A DNA stretch of 54,690 nt from a virus (Duplodnaviria > Caudoviricetes), in the IMG/VR virus record IMGVR_UViG_3300031759_000032, positions 1 to 54,690 of that record, one strand, 5' to 3'. Positions 38,422 to 47,742 of this stretch are shown piece by piece. Position 1 is the first letter of the stretch. Each line of letters begins with the position of its first letter. Below the pieces are notes generated by a model. The model saw only the letters and a list, made by a program, of their open reading frames with translations, ran no database searches and was not told the origin of the DNA. A program made the translations under genes and the position numbers.

Positions 38422-38897
38422 ATTGGTTTAAACGGTTATTCAATAAAGAAGCTGAGTTTGAGATTGTTACTCATCAGGTGCCTATGAGTACTGTGTGTCG
38501 TTGGTACCTATATGACACAGGGCTAGTAGAAGACGTCAATGGTATGGCTGAACTCTTGGGTTTAAATAGAATTAGCCTTGAGGGTGAAGAGATGGAACGC
38601 GAAGAGAGCGATGCTCGTATGCGCAACATAGAGCCTCTTTTCCCTTTCTTAGATTCCATTGCGGATTTTAGTTCACAGCTATTAACTACAATCCACATGA
38701 AAGAGATTGTTGATAGTAACCCTGATGTTGACGCAGATGACCTTTCTAAAAAGGCTGGGGACATGAGTTCTATTTACAAAGCCGCCGCTCTATCCTCTTT
38801 AATCGGTGGCATATCCGCTGCTGTAGACTTGGGCTTATTGCACCACGACGCGGTTAACACTGGCGTACATAATCTAGGAGATGGACATGAGCACTAG
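38418..38897 (+). CDS. hypothetical protein
   Basis: GTGA-coupled intact ORF. Confidence 0.65.
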   Translation: MNWFKRLFNKEAEFEIVTHQVPMSTVCRWYLYDTGLVEDVNGMAELLGLNRISLEGEEMEREESDARMRNIEPLFPFLDSIADFSSQLLTTIHMKEIVDSNPDVDADDLSKKAGDMSSIYKAAALSSLIGGISAAVDLGLLHHDAVNTGVHNLGDGHEH

Positions 38898-39276
38898 CGA
38901 TTGGTTTGCTAAACGGTTAAATCAACCACAGCAACCCCAACAACAACCTAACATTAACTTGCCACAGTATGTGGCTCCTCCCCCTGCTACATATGTGCAA
39001 CCACAACAGCCACAGTATCCGCCGTCACAACAGGCTACTCCACAAGCACCTCGGTGCCCTGGTTGCGGTAGCAATAACTACGGTGGTGCGCAGGGCTCAC
39101 GTCCTCGCTGTTATGATTGCGGTTACCCTATTCAACAATCAGGTAGTGGATTAGGTAAGGGTATTGTTAATCAAGGAGGTACCGCTTCGGGACCTGCCGC
39201 ACCTGCACGACAAGTATCTACTGGAGGGTTCAACGGAACCACCCCAGTCATTGGCCCAGACGGAGGATTTAGATAA
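38881..39276 (+). CDS. Q/P-rich protein with Zn ribbon
   Basis: CPGC..CYDC after a Q/P-rich tract. Confidence 0.7.
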   Translation: MDMSTSDWFAKRLNQPQQPQQQPNINLPQYVAPPPATYVQPQQPQYPPSQQATPQAPRCPGCGSNNYGGAQGSRPRCYDCGYPIQQSGSGLGKGIVNQGGTASGPAAPARQVSTGGFNGTTPVIGPDGGFR

Positions 39277-40325
39277 TGGCAATCACAGGCGAACTCGCAA
39301 AAGCTTTCAGCGAGATTAACAAGAAGTTCGGGGACGACACTGTTGTCCTCGGGTCTGATATCACCGAGACTGGTGGGCGCCTAACTACAGGTTCCATCGC
39401 AGTTGACGTGGCGCTTGGGGGCGGTTGGCCTACTAACCAATGGCATGAGATTATTGGTGAGGCCTCCAACGGCAAGACCGCACTAGCCCTTAAAACTATT
39501 GCGGCTAATCAACTTAAAGACCCAGAGTTCACTGCCGTATGGGTTGCCGCCGAAGAGTGGGTTCCAGGATACGCAGAGATGTGCGGCGTAGATGTATCCC
39601 GCGTGTACGTAGTTTCTACTAATATCATGGAGGAAGCCTATGAAGCCGTTATCCGTATTACGGAATCTAAAGCTATTGATTGCATTGTTCTGGATTCTTT
39701 GCCTGCTCTCGTTCCTAGCTCGGAAGACGAAAAGCAAATGGAAGAGTCAACAGTAGGGCGAGGTGCTCTACTTACTAATAAGTTCTTCCGCAAGGTTGGT
39801 AAGGCGTCTAAACGTTCACTGACTCACCACGAGCGCCCGTTTATCGGTCTGATTATTAACCAATGGCGCTCAAAGATTGGCGTTATGTACGGAGACCCAC
39901 GCACTACCCCAGGAGGATTGGGCAAGGATTACGCCTTCTTCACCCGTATGGAGGTTCGTCGGGATGAATGGATTGAGACAGGCACAGGCCAAGACAAGCG
40001 TAAGATTGGCCAGACCATCAAGGTTCGCGTTATTAAGAATAAGTCAGCCGCCCCTTCCGCAGTTGCGCTAGTGGACTTCTACTTCGCTAACGGTGGAGAG
40101 ATTGATGCTGGCCAGTTCGACTTTGCTAAGGAGATAGTGGCAATCGGTAAGCTCAATAAGGTTATTACCCGCGCTGGTGCGTACTACCGTTATGGGGAAC
40201 GTCAGTGGATGGGTGAATCTGCTATGCTTAGCTCCTTACGGGAAGAGATTGAGCTCAAAGAAGAACTTGAACGTGAAGTGCTAGATTCTATTAAAGCAGG
40301 GTCAAAGCACGTTTATGAAGAGTAA
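39276..40325 (+). CDS. recA: RecA/UvsX recombinase
   Basis: 'TGS...D.ALGGG.P', GEASNGKT, 'VLDS', 'INQ.R.KIGVMYGDP.TTPGG'. Confidence 0.95.
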   Translation: MAITGELAKAFSEINKKFGDDTVVLGSDITETGGRLTTGSIAVDVALGGGWPTNQWHEIIGEASNGKTALALKTIAANQLKDPEFTAVWVAAEEWVPGYAEMCGVDVSRVYVVSTNIMEEAYEAVIRITESKAIDCIVLDSLPALVPSSEDEKQMEESTVGRGALLTNKFFRKVGKASKRSLTHHERPFIGLIINQWRSKIGVMYGDPRTTPGGLGKDYAFFTRMEVRRDEWIETGTGQDKRKIGQTIKVRVIKNKSAAPSAVALVDFYFANGGEIDAGQFDFAKEIVAIGKLNKVITRAGAYYRYGERQWMGESAMLSSLREEIELKEELEREVLDSIKAGSKHVYEE

Positions 40326-40692
40326 AGGTCTTAGAGAGTCTCAGAAGCACGAGGCACGACTAGCAGATGTTTTCGACGGCCAGCGCAATGCTGGTAGCGG
40401 AGCCTTCTGGAGTCGTAAAGGTGATGTCCGTTCACGCGAGTATCTAATAGAACACAAGTGGACAGGCAAAACCTCCTTTACCGTCAAAGCAGCGGTTCTG
40501 GAGAAGATTGTCAAGGAGGCTATCCTTGAGAGTCGTACACCCATTCTCGGCATCAGTCTCAATAATGAGAACTACTGCATACTTACAGAGGATGACCTCT
40601 TAGAACTGCTCCATACTATTCAGGAGCACTCGTGCACGACGAAGACCTTGGACCCGAACCTTGGCGATACAAAGCCAAGTGCAGAGGAGTAA
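40315..40692 (+). CDS. PD-(D/E)xK nuclease, Hjc-like resolvase
   Basis: 'E.R.A', 'SGA....KGDV......IEHK'. Confidence 0.7.
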   Translation: MKSKGLRESQKHEARLADVFDGQRNAGSGAFWSRKGDVRSREYLIEHKWTGKTSFTVKAAVLEKIVKEAILESRTPILGISLNNENYCILTEDDLLELLHTIQEHSCTTKTLDPNLGDTKPSAEE

Positions 40693-40949
40693 ACACCGAC
40701 CTCTTTTTTCCTCCTCGGGATAAAGAACAGTATAAAGACATAGCCGATAAGGCTAAGGCTGTCTGCTTTGGTCGTGATGGTTTGCCCGAATGCCCTGTGC
40801 GTAAAGAGTGCCTCTTGTACGCAGAAGAGAACGAAGACACCCACGGTATATGGGGTGGCATGTCACACCGTGAACGTAACGCGCTTAAAAGAAAAGCAAA
40901 AAAAGTAGGACTCACCCTTAAAGAATGGGTGGAAACCCAACCTTCGTGA
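40632..40949 (+). CDS. whiB: WhiB-family Fe-S transcription factor
   Basis: 'W..KAKC...LFFP...AKAVC...CPVR.ECL.YA...GIWGG.S..ER'. Confidence 0.95.
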   Translation: MHDEDLGPEPWRYKAKCRGVNTDLFFPPRDKEQYKDIADKAKAVCFGRDGLPECPVRKECLLYAEENEDTHGIWGGMSHRERNALKRKAKKVGLTLKEWVETQPS

Positions 40950-40961
40950 TAGGTTACTCCC

Positions 40962-41822
40962 ATGAGTAACCAGACATCAGGAGCCTTAAAGAAATTTGTG
41001 GACGTGGCTAAAAAAGAAACAAGAGTCCTAGGTTCAGTAGAGCGCTACATTATTTCTAAGCCCAAAGACAAGAGTCGTAGAACGGACGTCCTGCACCCAT
41101 CAGAGATGGTAGGTAACGACTGGTGCCATCGCGCTTCTTACTTTCAACTCCAAGGTAAAGAGCCAATCAGTAACAGAACAATGACGCTCGGCCTTGATAA
41201 TGTGTTTGAAGAGGGTCACGCTATCCACGCTAAGTGGCAAAAGCGATTCCAAAACATGAACAACTTGCACGGTATGTGGTACTGCCATGAGTGCGAGGAA
41301 ACCTTTTGGGGTGGAACAGATTGCCACGACGGTCCTATTACATATAGAGAAGTGCCGTTATTCTATGAGCCACTGCGTATTGCAGGGCACTCAGATGGTT
41401 GGCTAAAGGGATTCGGTGAAGACCTCATGCTTGAGATTAAATCAATCGGTGAGGGAACCCTACGCTGGGAGTGCCCAGAGCTATATGCTGAGAACAACTA
41501 TGACTTTAAAGCCACATGGAAAGCCATAACTACTCCTTTTATGAAGCACGTAATGCAGGTTCAAATTTATATGAAGCTCGCGGAACTGCTGAGCGAAACT
41601 GACCCTCGTTTTATTGGCTACCCTAAAGAAGCCGTTCTTATCTATGAGAATAAGGCTGACCAGTCTGTTAAAGAGTTCGTTGTTCCTAAGGGCGATTTCG
41701 GCATTAAGCACATCTTTGAAGCAGCCCAGTTAATTGTTGATAGTATTAAGGCACAGACACCACCTGAGTGCAATGTAACCATGGGTGGTTGCGCAAAATG
41801 TAAGGGGTACGAAAATGGTTAA
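40962..41822 (+). CDS. Cas4/RecB-like exonuclease
   Basis: 'HPSE....C.R', 'G..IH', 'GH.DG', 'EIKS', 'Q.Q.Y', C-terminal Cys cluster. Confidence 0.85.
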   Translation: MSNQTSGALKKFVDVAKKETRVLGSVERYIISKPKDKSRRTDVLHPSEMVGNDWCHRASYFQLQGKEPISNRTMTLGLDNVFEEGHAIHAKWQKRFQNMNNLHGMWYCHECEETFWGGTDCHDGPITYREVPLFYEPLRIAGHSDGWLKGFGEDLMLEIKSIGEGTLRWECPELYAENNYDFKATWKAITTPFMKHVMQVQIYMKLAELLSETDPRFIGYPKEAVLIYENKADQSVKEFVVPKGDFGIKHIFEAAQLIVDSIKAQTPPECNVTMGGCAKCKGYENG

Positions 41823-42294
41823 TCTTGTAGCAGAGGGTATAAGTGAGGCTGTTCTAAAGGTATTAGAAGGCCAAGGGCTACCTATCCGACGCCAGTTAGA
41901 TTTAGATATACCTGACTTCCCTAAGGACATCACAGCTGTGGATGACCAACAGCTCATGCGTTTAGCTACTGTGTACATGGAGAACTACAACTTCATGCTC
42001 ACCCAAGTAGCCTGCGCAGAACTCGCAGTTGTTGAGTCTAAGAACAAGCATGACAAAGCCGAGGCTAAAGCCATGCTATCTAAGACCACAGGTAAGTCAA
42101 CGGAGAAGGCAGGCATGCTCATGGCTTCCGTGAGTACTGACCCAGAGATTGAGCAGTTATCGGATGCTGTTCTATTCTCAAACGCCTATCACAAGCTCCT
42201 CAAAACAACATTAGATAACCTAGAGCGGTACTACCAGCTCACTTCCCGTGAGCTAACCCGCCGAACATCTGTTCTAAAATCTCGCGGATATTAA
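41815..42294 (+). CDS. helical protein, possible UvsY-like recombination mediator
   Basis: All-helical, ends 'SRELTRR'; lies in the recombination cluster; likely ATG at 41815. Confidence 0.5.
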   Translation: MVNLVAEGISEAVLKVLEGQGLPIRRQLDLDIPDFPKDITAVDDQQLMRLATVYMENYNFMLTQVACAELAVVESKNKHDKAEAKAMLSKTTGKSTEKAGMLMASVSTDPEIEQLSDAVLFSNAYHKLLKTTLDNLERYYQLTSRELTRRTSVLKSRGY

Positions 42295-42833
42295 TGAAGA
42301 TATTTGATGGCGGACTAGAGGGTGCTATAGGCGCCGAGGTCTACATCGGCATTGACCAGTCCTACAGCGGGTTCGCCATAACCGCGCTCAATGACACAGG
42401 GTATAGAACTACCGTGTATAAATCTGATAAACGCGGTATTGAAAGACTGCGGGATATCCAAGCCCATATGCTGGAGATTATAGTTAACTATACAATTCTA
42501 GACGTGGCTATGGAAGGCTACGCTTTCGGTTCTCAGATGGCTAACATGCTAGGGGAACTGGGCGGTATGGTTAAGCTAACCTTATTGGATTTTGGCATAT
42601 ACCCCCTCATAGTTCCGCCCACTAACCTAAAAAAATATGTGACGGGCAAAGGCAATGGCATATCCAAGAGTCAGATGATGCTGTTCGTTTATAAGAAATG
42701 GGGCGTTGACCTCGCTGATGACAATGCGGCTGACTCCTATGCTCTAGCCCACTTAGTGGCTAAGCGCCATGGGCTGGCGTATGAAAAAGAAGTTTATGAT
42801 AAGCTTCAAGACCCTAAGTTTCGAGAAAAGTAA
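42294..42833 (+). CDS. ruvC: RuvC-like Holliday junction resolvase
   Basis: 'IGIDQS', 'MEGY', 'P..LKKY.TG.G...K', 'DN.ADSY'. Confidence 0.88.
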   Translation: MKIFDGGLEGAIGAEVYIGIDQSYSGFAITALNDTGYRTTVYKSDKRGIERLRDIQAHMLEIIVNYTILDVAMEGYAFGSQMANMLGELGGMVKLTLLDFGIYPLIVPPTNLKKYVTGKGNGISKSQMMLFVYKKWGVDLADDNAADSYALAHLVAKRHGLAYEKEVYDKLQDPKFREK

Positions 42834-42841
42834 GGTGCATA

Positions 42842-43009
42842 ATGCCAAGTTACGACTACAAGTGTGACACTTGCGAGACCGTAGTAGAGGTTCAACGTTC
42901 CTTTGATGAAGAGGGCTCACCGACATGTGTAGCCTGCAATACAACTATGAGTAGGGTTTGGAACGCCACACCCGCGCACTTTAAAGGAGGTGGCTGGGGT
43001 GGACGATAA
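42842..43009 (+). CDS. FmdB-family Zn-ribbon protein (not in ORF track)
   Basis: MPSYDYKCDTC...PTCVAC...M.RV......FKGGGW. Confidence 0.88.
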   Translation: MPSYDYKCDTCETVVEVQRSFDEEGSPTCVACNTTMSRVWNATPAHFKGGGWGGR

Positions 43010-43082
43010 CGAATGGTTGTTACCTTGGTTTCTAGTTACTTTATTAACAATCGTATCTCTAGCAGTTTGGGTGATTAAATGA
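42999..43082 (+). CDS. 27-aa single-pass membrane peptide (not in ORF track)
   Basis: AAAGGAGG RBS, GTG start; MDDNEWLLPWFLVTLLTIVSLAVWVIK. Confidence 0.6.
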   Translation: MDDNEWLLPWFLVTLLTIVSLAVWVIK

Positions 43083-43321
43083 GTAAGACACAGGAAAAGA
43101 GAGCACGTCGTATGCAGGAATCCGCTGACTTTATTTTAGAACGTCGCAAGATGCAGTTGGGTATGTTTGAGCAGGCGCATAAAGTAGGTCTAAAACTGTA
43201 CGAAGACCATAAAGATGACCTACAGCCAGCTGATATCGAAGCCCTTGAGAAGCAAATCAAGGAGAACGAAGCCATCATTGAGAAACTAAAAAGTGAAATC
43301 TACCCGACAACTGAAGCCTGA
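43079..43321 (+). CDS. hypothetical coiled-coil protein
   Basis: ATGA-coupled ORF. Confidence 0.6.
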   Translation: MSKTQEKRARRMQESADFILERRKMQLGMFEQAHKVGLKLYEDHKDDLQPADIEALEKQIKENEAIIEKLKSEIYPTTEA

Positions 43322-43505
43322 TTACACTGGCACCATGGACTACGCTGATACCGTGCTCCATGAGTGCCCCAAGTGTGAAAGCAACCTTTGGAACCTGAAG
43401 GTGTCCTTTGAAGACTACGAGATAGCCCAATACCTGTTGGAGATGGAGTGCGCTATCTGCGGAAGTTACGCTAAAGCGCCAACCCCACTTGATAAACCTA
43501 ATTAA
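43293..43505 (+). CDS. Zn-ribbon protein
   Basis: CPKC...CAIC. Confidence 0.65.
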   Translation: MKSTRQLKPDYTGTMDYADTVLHECPKCESNLWNLKVSFEDYEIAQYLLEMECAICGSYAKAPTPLDKPN

Positions 43506-43597
43506 TGTCTAACTATCTTTAGACAGACCTTCTGAGGGCTAACCCTCATACTTTATACCACGGGGAACCACACTAATCGTAAACCGAGGTATACAAC

Positions 43598-43876
43598 ATG
43601 TCAGAGCAAGACGAGAAAGACGTGCTGCGCGTTTCAGCCAGCAGTAACCCACAGGCGGTAGCTTCCGCCATTGCCCACGCTATCTATGAAACCCGCACCT
43701 GTAAGGTACGCGCCGTAGGTGCTGGGGCTGTAAACCAAGCCACCAAAGCCCTAGCCATTGCGCGCGGATATACTGCCCCACGAGGCATTGATATCGCATA
43801 TGTCCCTGGGTTCACCACTATTAAGAGCCATGATGGGGATATTTCAGCCATGGTTCTAACAGTGATTACCATTTAA
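43598..43876 (+). CDS. spoVS: SpoVS-family protein
   Basis: 'LRVSASSNP.AVA.AIA...RAVGAGAVNQA.KA.AIARGY.AP.G.D...P.F'. Confidence 0.92.
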   Translation: MSEQDEKDVLRVSASSNPQAVASAIAHAIYETRTCKVRAVGAGAVNQATKALAIARGYTAPRGIDIAYVPGFTTIKSHDGDISAMVLTVITI

Positions 43877-43895
43877 GCCTGTATTCAACAGGTAA

Positions 43896-44267
43896 ATGGC
43901 GTACATTTATGAAACAACCTTCGGCCAAAGGATAACCATGGAAAAACCTAATAAAGAAAAGCATCTTGGACCCAATGATGCCGCTAAGCCTGTCGCTTCA
44001 ACAAGCGCAAAGGCTAAGATTGCCCCTGTAGAAAAGGGAACACTCGTAAAGCGCAAGGGTGCCCACGATGAGAACCCAACCATTGAGGACCATAAGGTAC
44101 GCTCACATGTTAAGAATACTGGCGGCGCTCGTTACGGTATCAACGTAAAGTTCCAAAAGACTGAAGCTCCAGAAGCTGGTGCAACGTTAGCTAATGCAAG
44201 ACTCTTGCCTTCAGCTATTAAGCGTTCTGCTCAGACTTTCGTGGCAGGAATGGCAGACCAAGACTAG
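43896..44267 (+). CDS. hypothetical basic protein
   Basis: Intact ORF; true start may be ATG at 43938 behind AAGGA. Confidence 0.6.
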   Translation: MAYIYETTFGQRITMEKPNKEKHLGPNDAAKPVASTSAKAKIAPVEKGTLVKRKGAHDENPTIEDHKVRSHVKNTGGARYGINVKFQKTEAPEAGATLANARLLPSAIKRSAQTFVAGMADQD

Positions 44268-44281
44268 TCAATCTGCCACAC

Positions 44282-44318
44282 AAAGCCCCTAGTTAAACAC
44301 TAGGGGCTTTTTCTTTTT
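44282..44318 (+). terminator. intrinsic terminator
   Basis: AAAGCCCCTAG-N7-CTAGGGGCTTT followed by TTCTTTTT. Confidence 0.88.
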
Positions 44319-44364
44319 GTGGTAGTCTATGTCTTGTTGCATCGTGACGAGACAAGGACACATC

Positions 44365-44604
44365 ATGCTCACCGTATTGAATAAATATTTAGAACCCTCA
44401 GCACTTGCAGACGAGTGCGTTGTTGGGCGCTGGATACTTTCATTAAACGAAGAAGAGCGCAACACTTTTGCAAAACTTAAAGAGCACAGTAACTCAGTAA
44501 AACTCGCAGCACTATACAAGGACTTACTTTCAGAAGGGCTTCTTCCCTTCAAACTAACCGCGTTCCGCTCACATTTACGGAGTTATTGCACATGTCAAAA
44601 CTAA
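44365..44604 (+). CDS. small protein upstream of the phosphoesterase
   Basis: AAGGA RBS, ATG at 44365; 'C.VG....H.R..C.C' putative metal site. Confidence 0.6.
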   Translation: MLTVLNKYLEPSALADECVVGRWILSLNEEERNTFAKLKEHSNSVKLAALYKDLLSEGLLPFKLTAFRSHLRSYCTCQN

Positions 44605-45791
44605 ACATATTGGGTAAGGCTCTAATCAATGCGGAGTTGGATAATTCAGCAACTCAAATAAAAGAAACCAATACTCCACCAGAGTTTCGTGCGCGATTAG
44701 ATGTTAGTACAGACGGTGGTTACTTTGTTTCCACCCCTCGTGCAGCTATTGATATTGAGGACGCGGTATCGTTATTTAAAGATTTTGATTTAGACCCAAC
44801 AGTGTGGGAAGTAGTAAGCGTACGTAAGAGCCGCTGGCAAACATTCAACGGTGACTGGCTAGAAGCAGCACGTGTAAATATAAAGCCCGCTGGCGCATCC
44901 CGCGAAACTGATTTAGATTATGATGCTTTAGTATCAAGTATTGAGAGATGGAAGCCAGGAAAAGCAGAGAAGGGCACAGGTCCCCTGTTTGCCATTTACG
45001 CAATAGGCGACACTCAGTACGGTAAAGACGCTGGCGGAGGTACCGAGGCTACTGTGGCTCGTGTGCTCCACGCACTTGACGAAGCGGTTGCGCGCCATAA
45101 AGAATTGTTAAAGTTAGGTCGTAAGATTGGAACAGTTGTACTGCCTCAACTGGGAGACTGCATAGAGGGAAGCACCAGCCAGAACGGCAAGGTTATTGGT
45201 CGCAGTGACATGGGCGTTACCCACCAAGTACGTATCGGCCGTCGTGTGCTACTAGCGTGGATTAAGGCGTTTGCCCCCTTGTGCGAGGAGTTACTAATCC
45301 CTGTAGTCCCAGGAAACCATGATGAAGTGCATAGAATTATGATGACTGACCCTACTGACTCATGGCAGGTAGAGATTGCTTCTATCGTCCAAGATATCTG
45401 CGCGGAGAACCCTGCGCTATCACATGTTAAGTTTTTCTATCCTAATCCAGATAACGCCACTCTTGCTATAGATTTGGGCGGAACCACCCTAGGTATGGCA
45501 CATGGGCACCAAGCTAAAGACATGGGCAAGTGGATTGCTGGGCAAGCTACAGGACGCACACCAGTAGGCGCGGCAGATGTTCTAATCACAGGGCACTTCC
45601 ACCACTTCCGTGCAGACCAAGTAGGCCCACGCTTGTGGATTCAAGTGCCAGCTATGGATGGTGGTTCAGCGTGGTTTAGGGATAAAACTGGGTTGGAATC
45701 ACCTACAGGAGTGGTAGCCCTAGTGATGGGTAAAGACTACGACCCGCGCAGAGATTTAAGCGTTATCGGCGGAGAAAATCGCATAAACTAG
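44592..45791 (+). CDS. calcineurin-like metallophosphoesterase
   Basis: GDTQ, LGDCIE, GNHD, HGH, GHFH motifs. Confidence 0.88.
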   Translation: MSKLNILGKALINAELDNSATQIKETNTPPEFRARLDVSTDGGYFVSTPRAAIDIEDAVSLFKDFDLDPTVWEVVSVRKSRWQTFNGDWLEAARVNIKPAGASRETDLDYDALVSSIERWKPGKAEKGTGPLFAIYAIGDTQYGKDAGGGTEATVARVLHALDEAVARHKELLKLGRKIGTVVLPQLGDCIEGSTSQNGKVIGRSDMGVTHQVRIGRRVLLAWIKAFAPLCEELLIPVVPGNHDEVHRIMMTDPTDSWQVEIASIVQDICAENPALSHVKFFYPNPDNATLAIDLGGTTLGMAHGHQAKDMGKWIAGQATGRTPVGAADVLITGHFHHFRADQVGPRLWIQVPAMDGGSAWFRDKTGLESPTGVVALVMGKDYDPRRDLSVIGGENRIN

Positions 45792-45795
45792 TGTT

Positions 45796-46329
45796 ATGCC
45801 GAGTCCTCATCAAAACATACAGAACCTAGGTGCCGCTGGTATGGCAGGCACCAACACTACCTATGGTGGTGGCGGTGTTCCTGTTGCTCGCTCCGAACTT
45901 GACTTCCTGCGTCTTGGTGTTGGACGCCAACCTTCCGCTGAATACCCAGACGGATACTTAGGTACGATTCGTTCTCGCAGAGACGACCGTGGCCGCTCAT
46001 CTAGTACATCAGATGATGTACTCAATGCACTTAAAGTTAGAGTAGGTCAACGCTCGTATCAACGTGGTGTTCATCGCGGTGAGCGCGTAGACGTACAAGA
46101 TTATTATTACCCTGAAGGACTAGAAGCCACTCGTGGTATTGCTCGTCAATTCAGAGGAGTTCGTGACGGTAATGTTATTCGCGTCGCACGCAATGTTGAG
46201 AACGCTATGGCCGCACCTGCACCTCATTTACCTAATGATGGTAAGGCTAACATGCGTAGCACATCCCCAATGGCACTAGACAAGAGACGCGTAGACCAAA
46301 TGGCTCGTATGCGTCCTGCTTGGAAATAA
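45796..46329 (+). CDS. hypothetical Arg-rich protein
   Basis: Leaderless-type start; 'EYPDGYLGT', 'SYQRGVH.GER'. Confidence 0.7.
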   Translation: MPSPHQNIQNLGAAGMAGTNTTYGGGGVPVARSELDFLRLGVGRQPSAEYPDGYLGTIRSRRDDRGRSSSTSDDVLNALKVRVGQRSYQRGVHRGERVDVQDYYYPEGLEATRGIARQFRGVRDGNVIRVARNVENAMAAPAPHLPNDGKANMRSTSPMALDKRRVDQMARMRPAWK

Positions 46330-46704
46330 ATGTCAGGACAGATGTCTGATGGCGTATACAACCGCCGACCTTGGGTAGCTCCTACAGCTGATTTAGATAT
46401 ATCGCGCCTTCCCCCTCAGGATTACCTTGGGCCGTTTCAATCTAATGCAGAACGCCTTATGGGTCAGTCCTTGGCTACTTGGTCTATGACTAGCGAAGAG
46501 ATTCAACAGTACGTACGTCCGCCACTACCGCAGGTGAAGTTGTTTCCACCTCGTTTCGGGTATACTGAGAACGAAATTGGCATTGAAGACTTAATTGATT
46601 TACCTCGTCGTACCGCTACAACTCAACGTGTTGAGTCTGACTTTAGCCAGACCCCTAACACTCAAGAGTCATCCAGCACTAACTCGTTAGGGAGCACCAT
46701 ATGA
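46330..46704 (+). CDS. hypothetical protein
   Basis: Abuts the previous stop codon. Confidence 0.65.
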   Translation: MSGQMSDGVYNRRPWVAPTADLDISRLPPQDYLGPFQSNAERLMGQSLATWSMTSEEIQQYVRPPLPQVKLFPPRFGYTENEIGIEDLIDLPRRTATTQRVESDFSQTPNTQESSSTNSLGSTI

Positions 46705-46934
46705 GTAACGACCCAGGACTTTACACAGATAGCACTGGCTCTGGCATGGCTGGGGCAGAAGATGTGCGCCTTGAGACCCAACGTGACATGTCAAGAACTA
46801 TGTATAATGGCGATAATGCCTGTAAAACCTGCGGGATGCTAATAGACCCCGTACAATCGTTAATGAATCAAGATACCTGCCCGTCGTGCAAGCGTCGTAA
46901 GCAGTTTAACCGAGTGAAAGGCGGAATGGCATGA
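46701..46934 (+). CDS. small Zn-finger protein
   Basis: CKTC..CPSC; GGAG RBS. Confidence 0.65.
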   Translation: MSNDPGLYTDSTGSGMAGAEDVRLETQRDMSRTMYNGDNACKTCGMLIDPVQSLMNQDTCPSCKRRKQFNRVKGGMA

Positions 46935-47140
46935 CCGTTCGCAAAGCACGTTCAGAAACCGCATCCCTTCTAGAGGGTGCCACAGACGGCAAGTACCGTA
47001 AGCGTCGTCCTAACATGGAAGTTGACCCAGGTATGGGTGACCAGATTGTTGTCAAGGAGCGCGCTAGTCTGCATCCTTACATGAACTACGGGTTCATCAA
47101 CTCTGAAGATTCCAACAAAGTAAACCCAGCAGGTAACTAA
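46931..47140 (+). CDS. hypothetical protein
   Basis: ATGA-coupled; ends NSEDSNKVNPAGN. Confidence 0.65.
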   Translation: MTVRKARSETASLLEGATDGKYRKRRPNMEVDPGMGDQIVVKERASLHPYMNYGFINSEDSNKVNPAGN

Positions 47141-47430
47141 TGTCAGCGCCAGATAAAGCAAAAGACCCACGTAGAACACCGAGTATTCCTTCTGGGGTTA
47201 CAGGAAAATACACATTTATGGAACTTCCTGAAGACCAACACACTACTGCATACATTCCGCGCAGAACAGATGCGTATGCTTCAGGACCTAGAACTGGCGT
47301 AGAAGCCGCACTTTCTGGTAAGGGCAAGGCTGGAAACATGGGCAAACTTTTGGGAGAAGTAAAGGGAGCGTTTAAGCCTAATGAATAAAAGCGAAGAGCC
47401 TTCTAAAGTAAACCCAGCAGGTAACTAATG
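47117..47430 (+). repeat. 26-bp perfect direct repeat AAAGTAAACCCAGCAGGTAACTAATG at 47117-47142 and 47405-47430
   Basis: Read directly from the sequence. Confidence 0.92.
47140..47388 (+). CDS. hypothetical protein between the direct repeats
   Basis: TAATG-coupled 82-aa ORF. Confidence 0.6.
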   Translation: MSAPDKAKDPRRTPSIPSGVTGKYTFMELPEDQHTTAYIPRRTDAYASGPRTGVEAALSGKGKAGNMGKLLGEVKGAFKPNE

Positions 47431-47718
47431 GCTGCCTCAAACCTAACTAAATTTGATAAGAGCAATCCAGAGCACGTTAAGGCTATCAAAGGCGAAGACA
47501 AAGATGGATTTACCTCTGGCGGTAAAGACGTCAAGATTCACGCAGGCGGTTACTTCTCCAAGACTAGCCCCTCAAAAAATCCAACGAGTGATGGCGGCAA
47601 GAAGGCAGTAGCCAAGAAGGTTGCTACACCTCGTAAGTTGAAGGCTGTACCTATGGCTGAAACGCCTGCCACAGCCAAGAAGGCTCCTGCTAAGAAGGCT
47701 GCTCCTAAAAAGAAGTAA
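47428..47718 (+). CDS. basic protein with histone H1/HupB-like PAKKA tail
   Basis: Ends TAKKAPAKKAAPKKK. Confidence 0.7.
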   Translation: MAASNLTKFDKSNPEHVKAIKGEDKDGFTSGGKDVKIHAGGYFSKTSPSKNPTSDGGKKAVAKKVATPRKLKAVPMAETPATAKKAPAKKAAPKKK

Positions 47719-47742
47719 CCTTTTTGTGCTAAGATTAGCCCC

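Noticed and set aside
40962-41822. Cas4-like gene as a sign of CRISPR-Cas
   Set aside because: No repeat-spacer array or other cas genes were seen; solo Cas4-like nucleases are common in phages.
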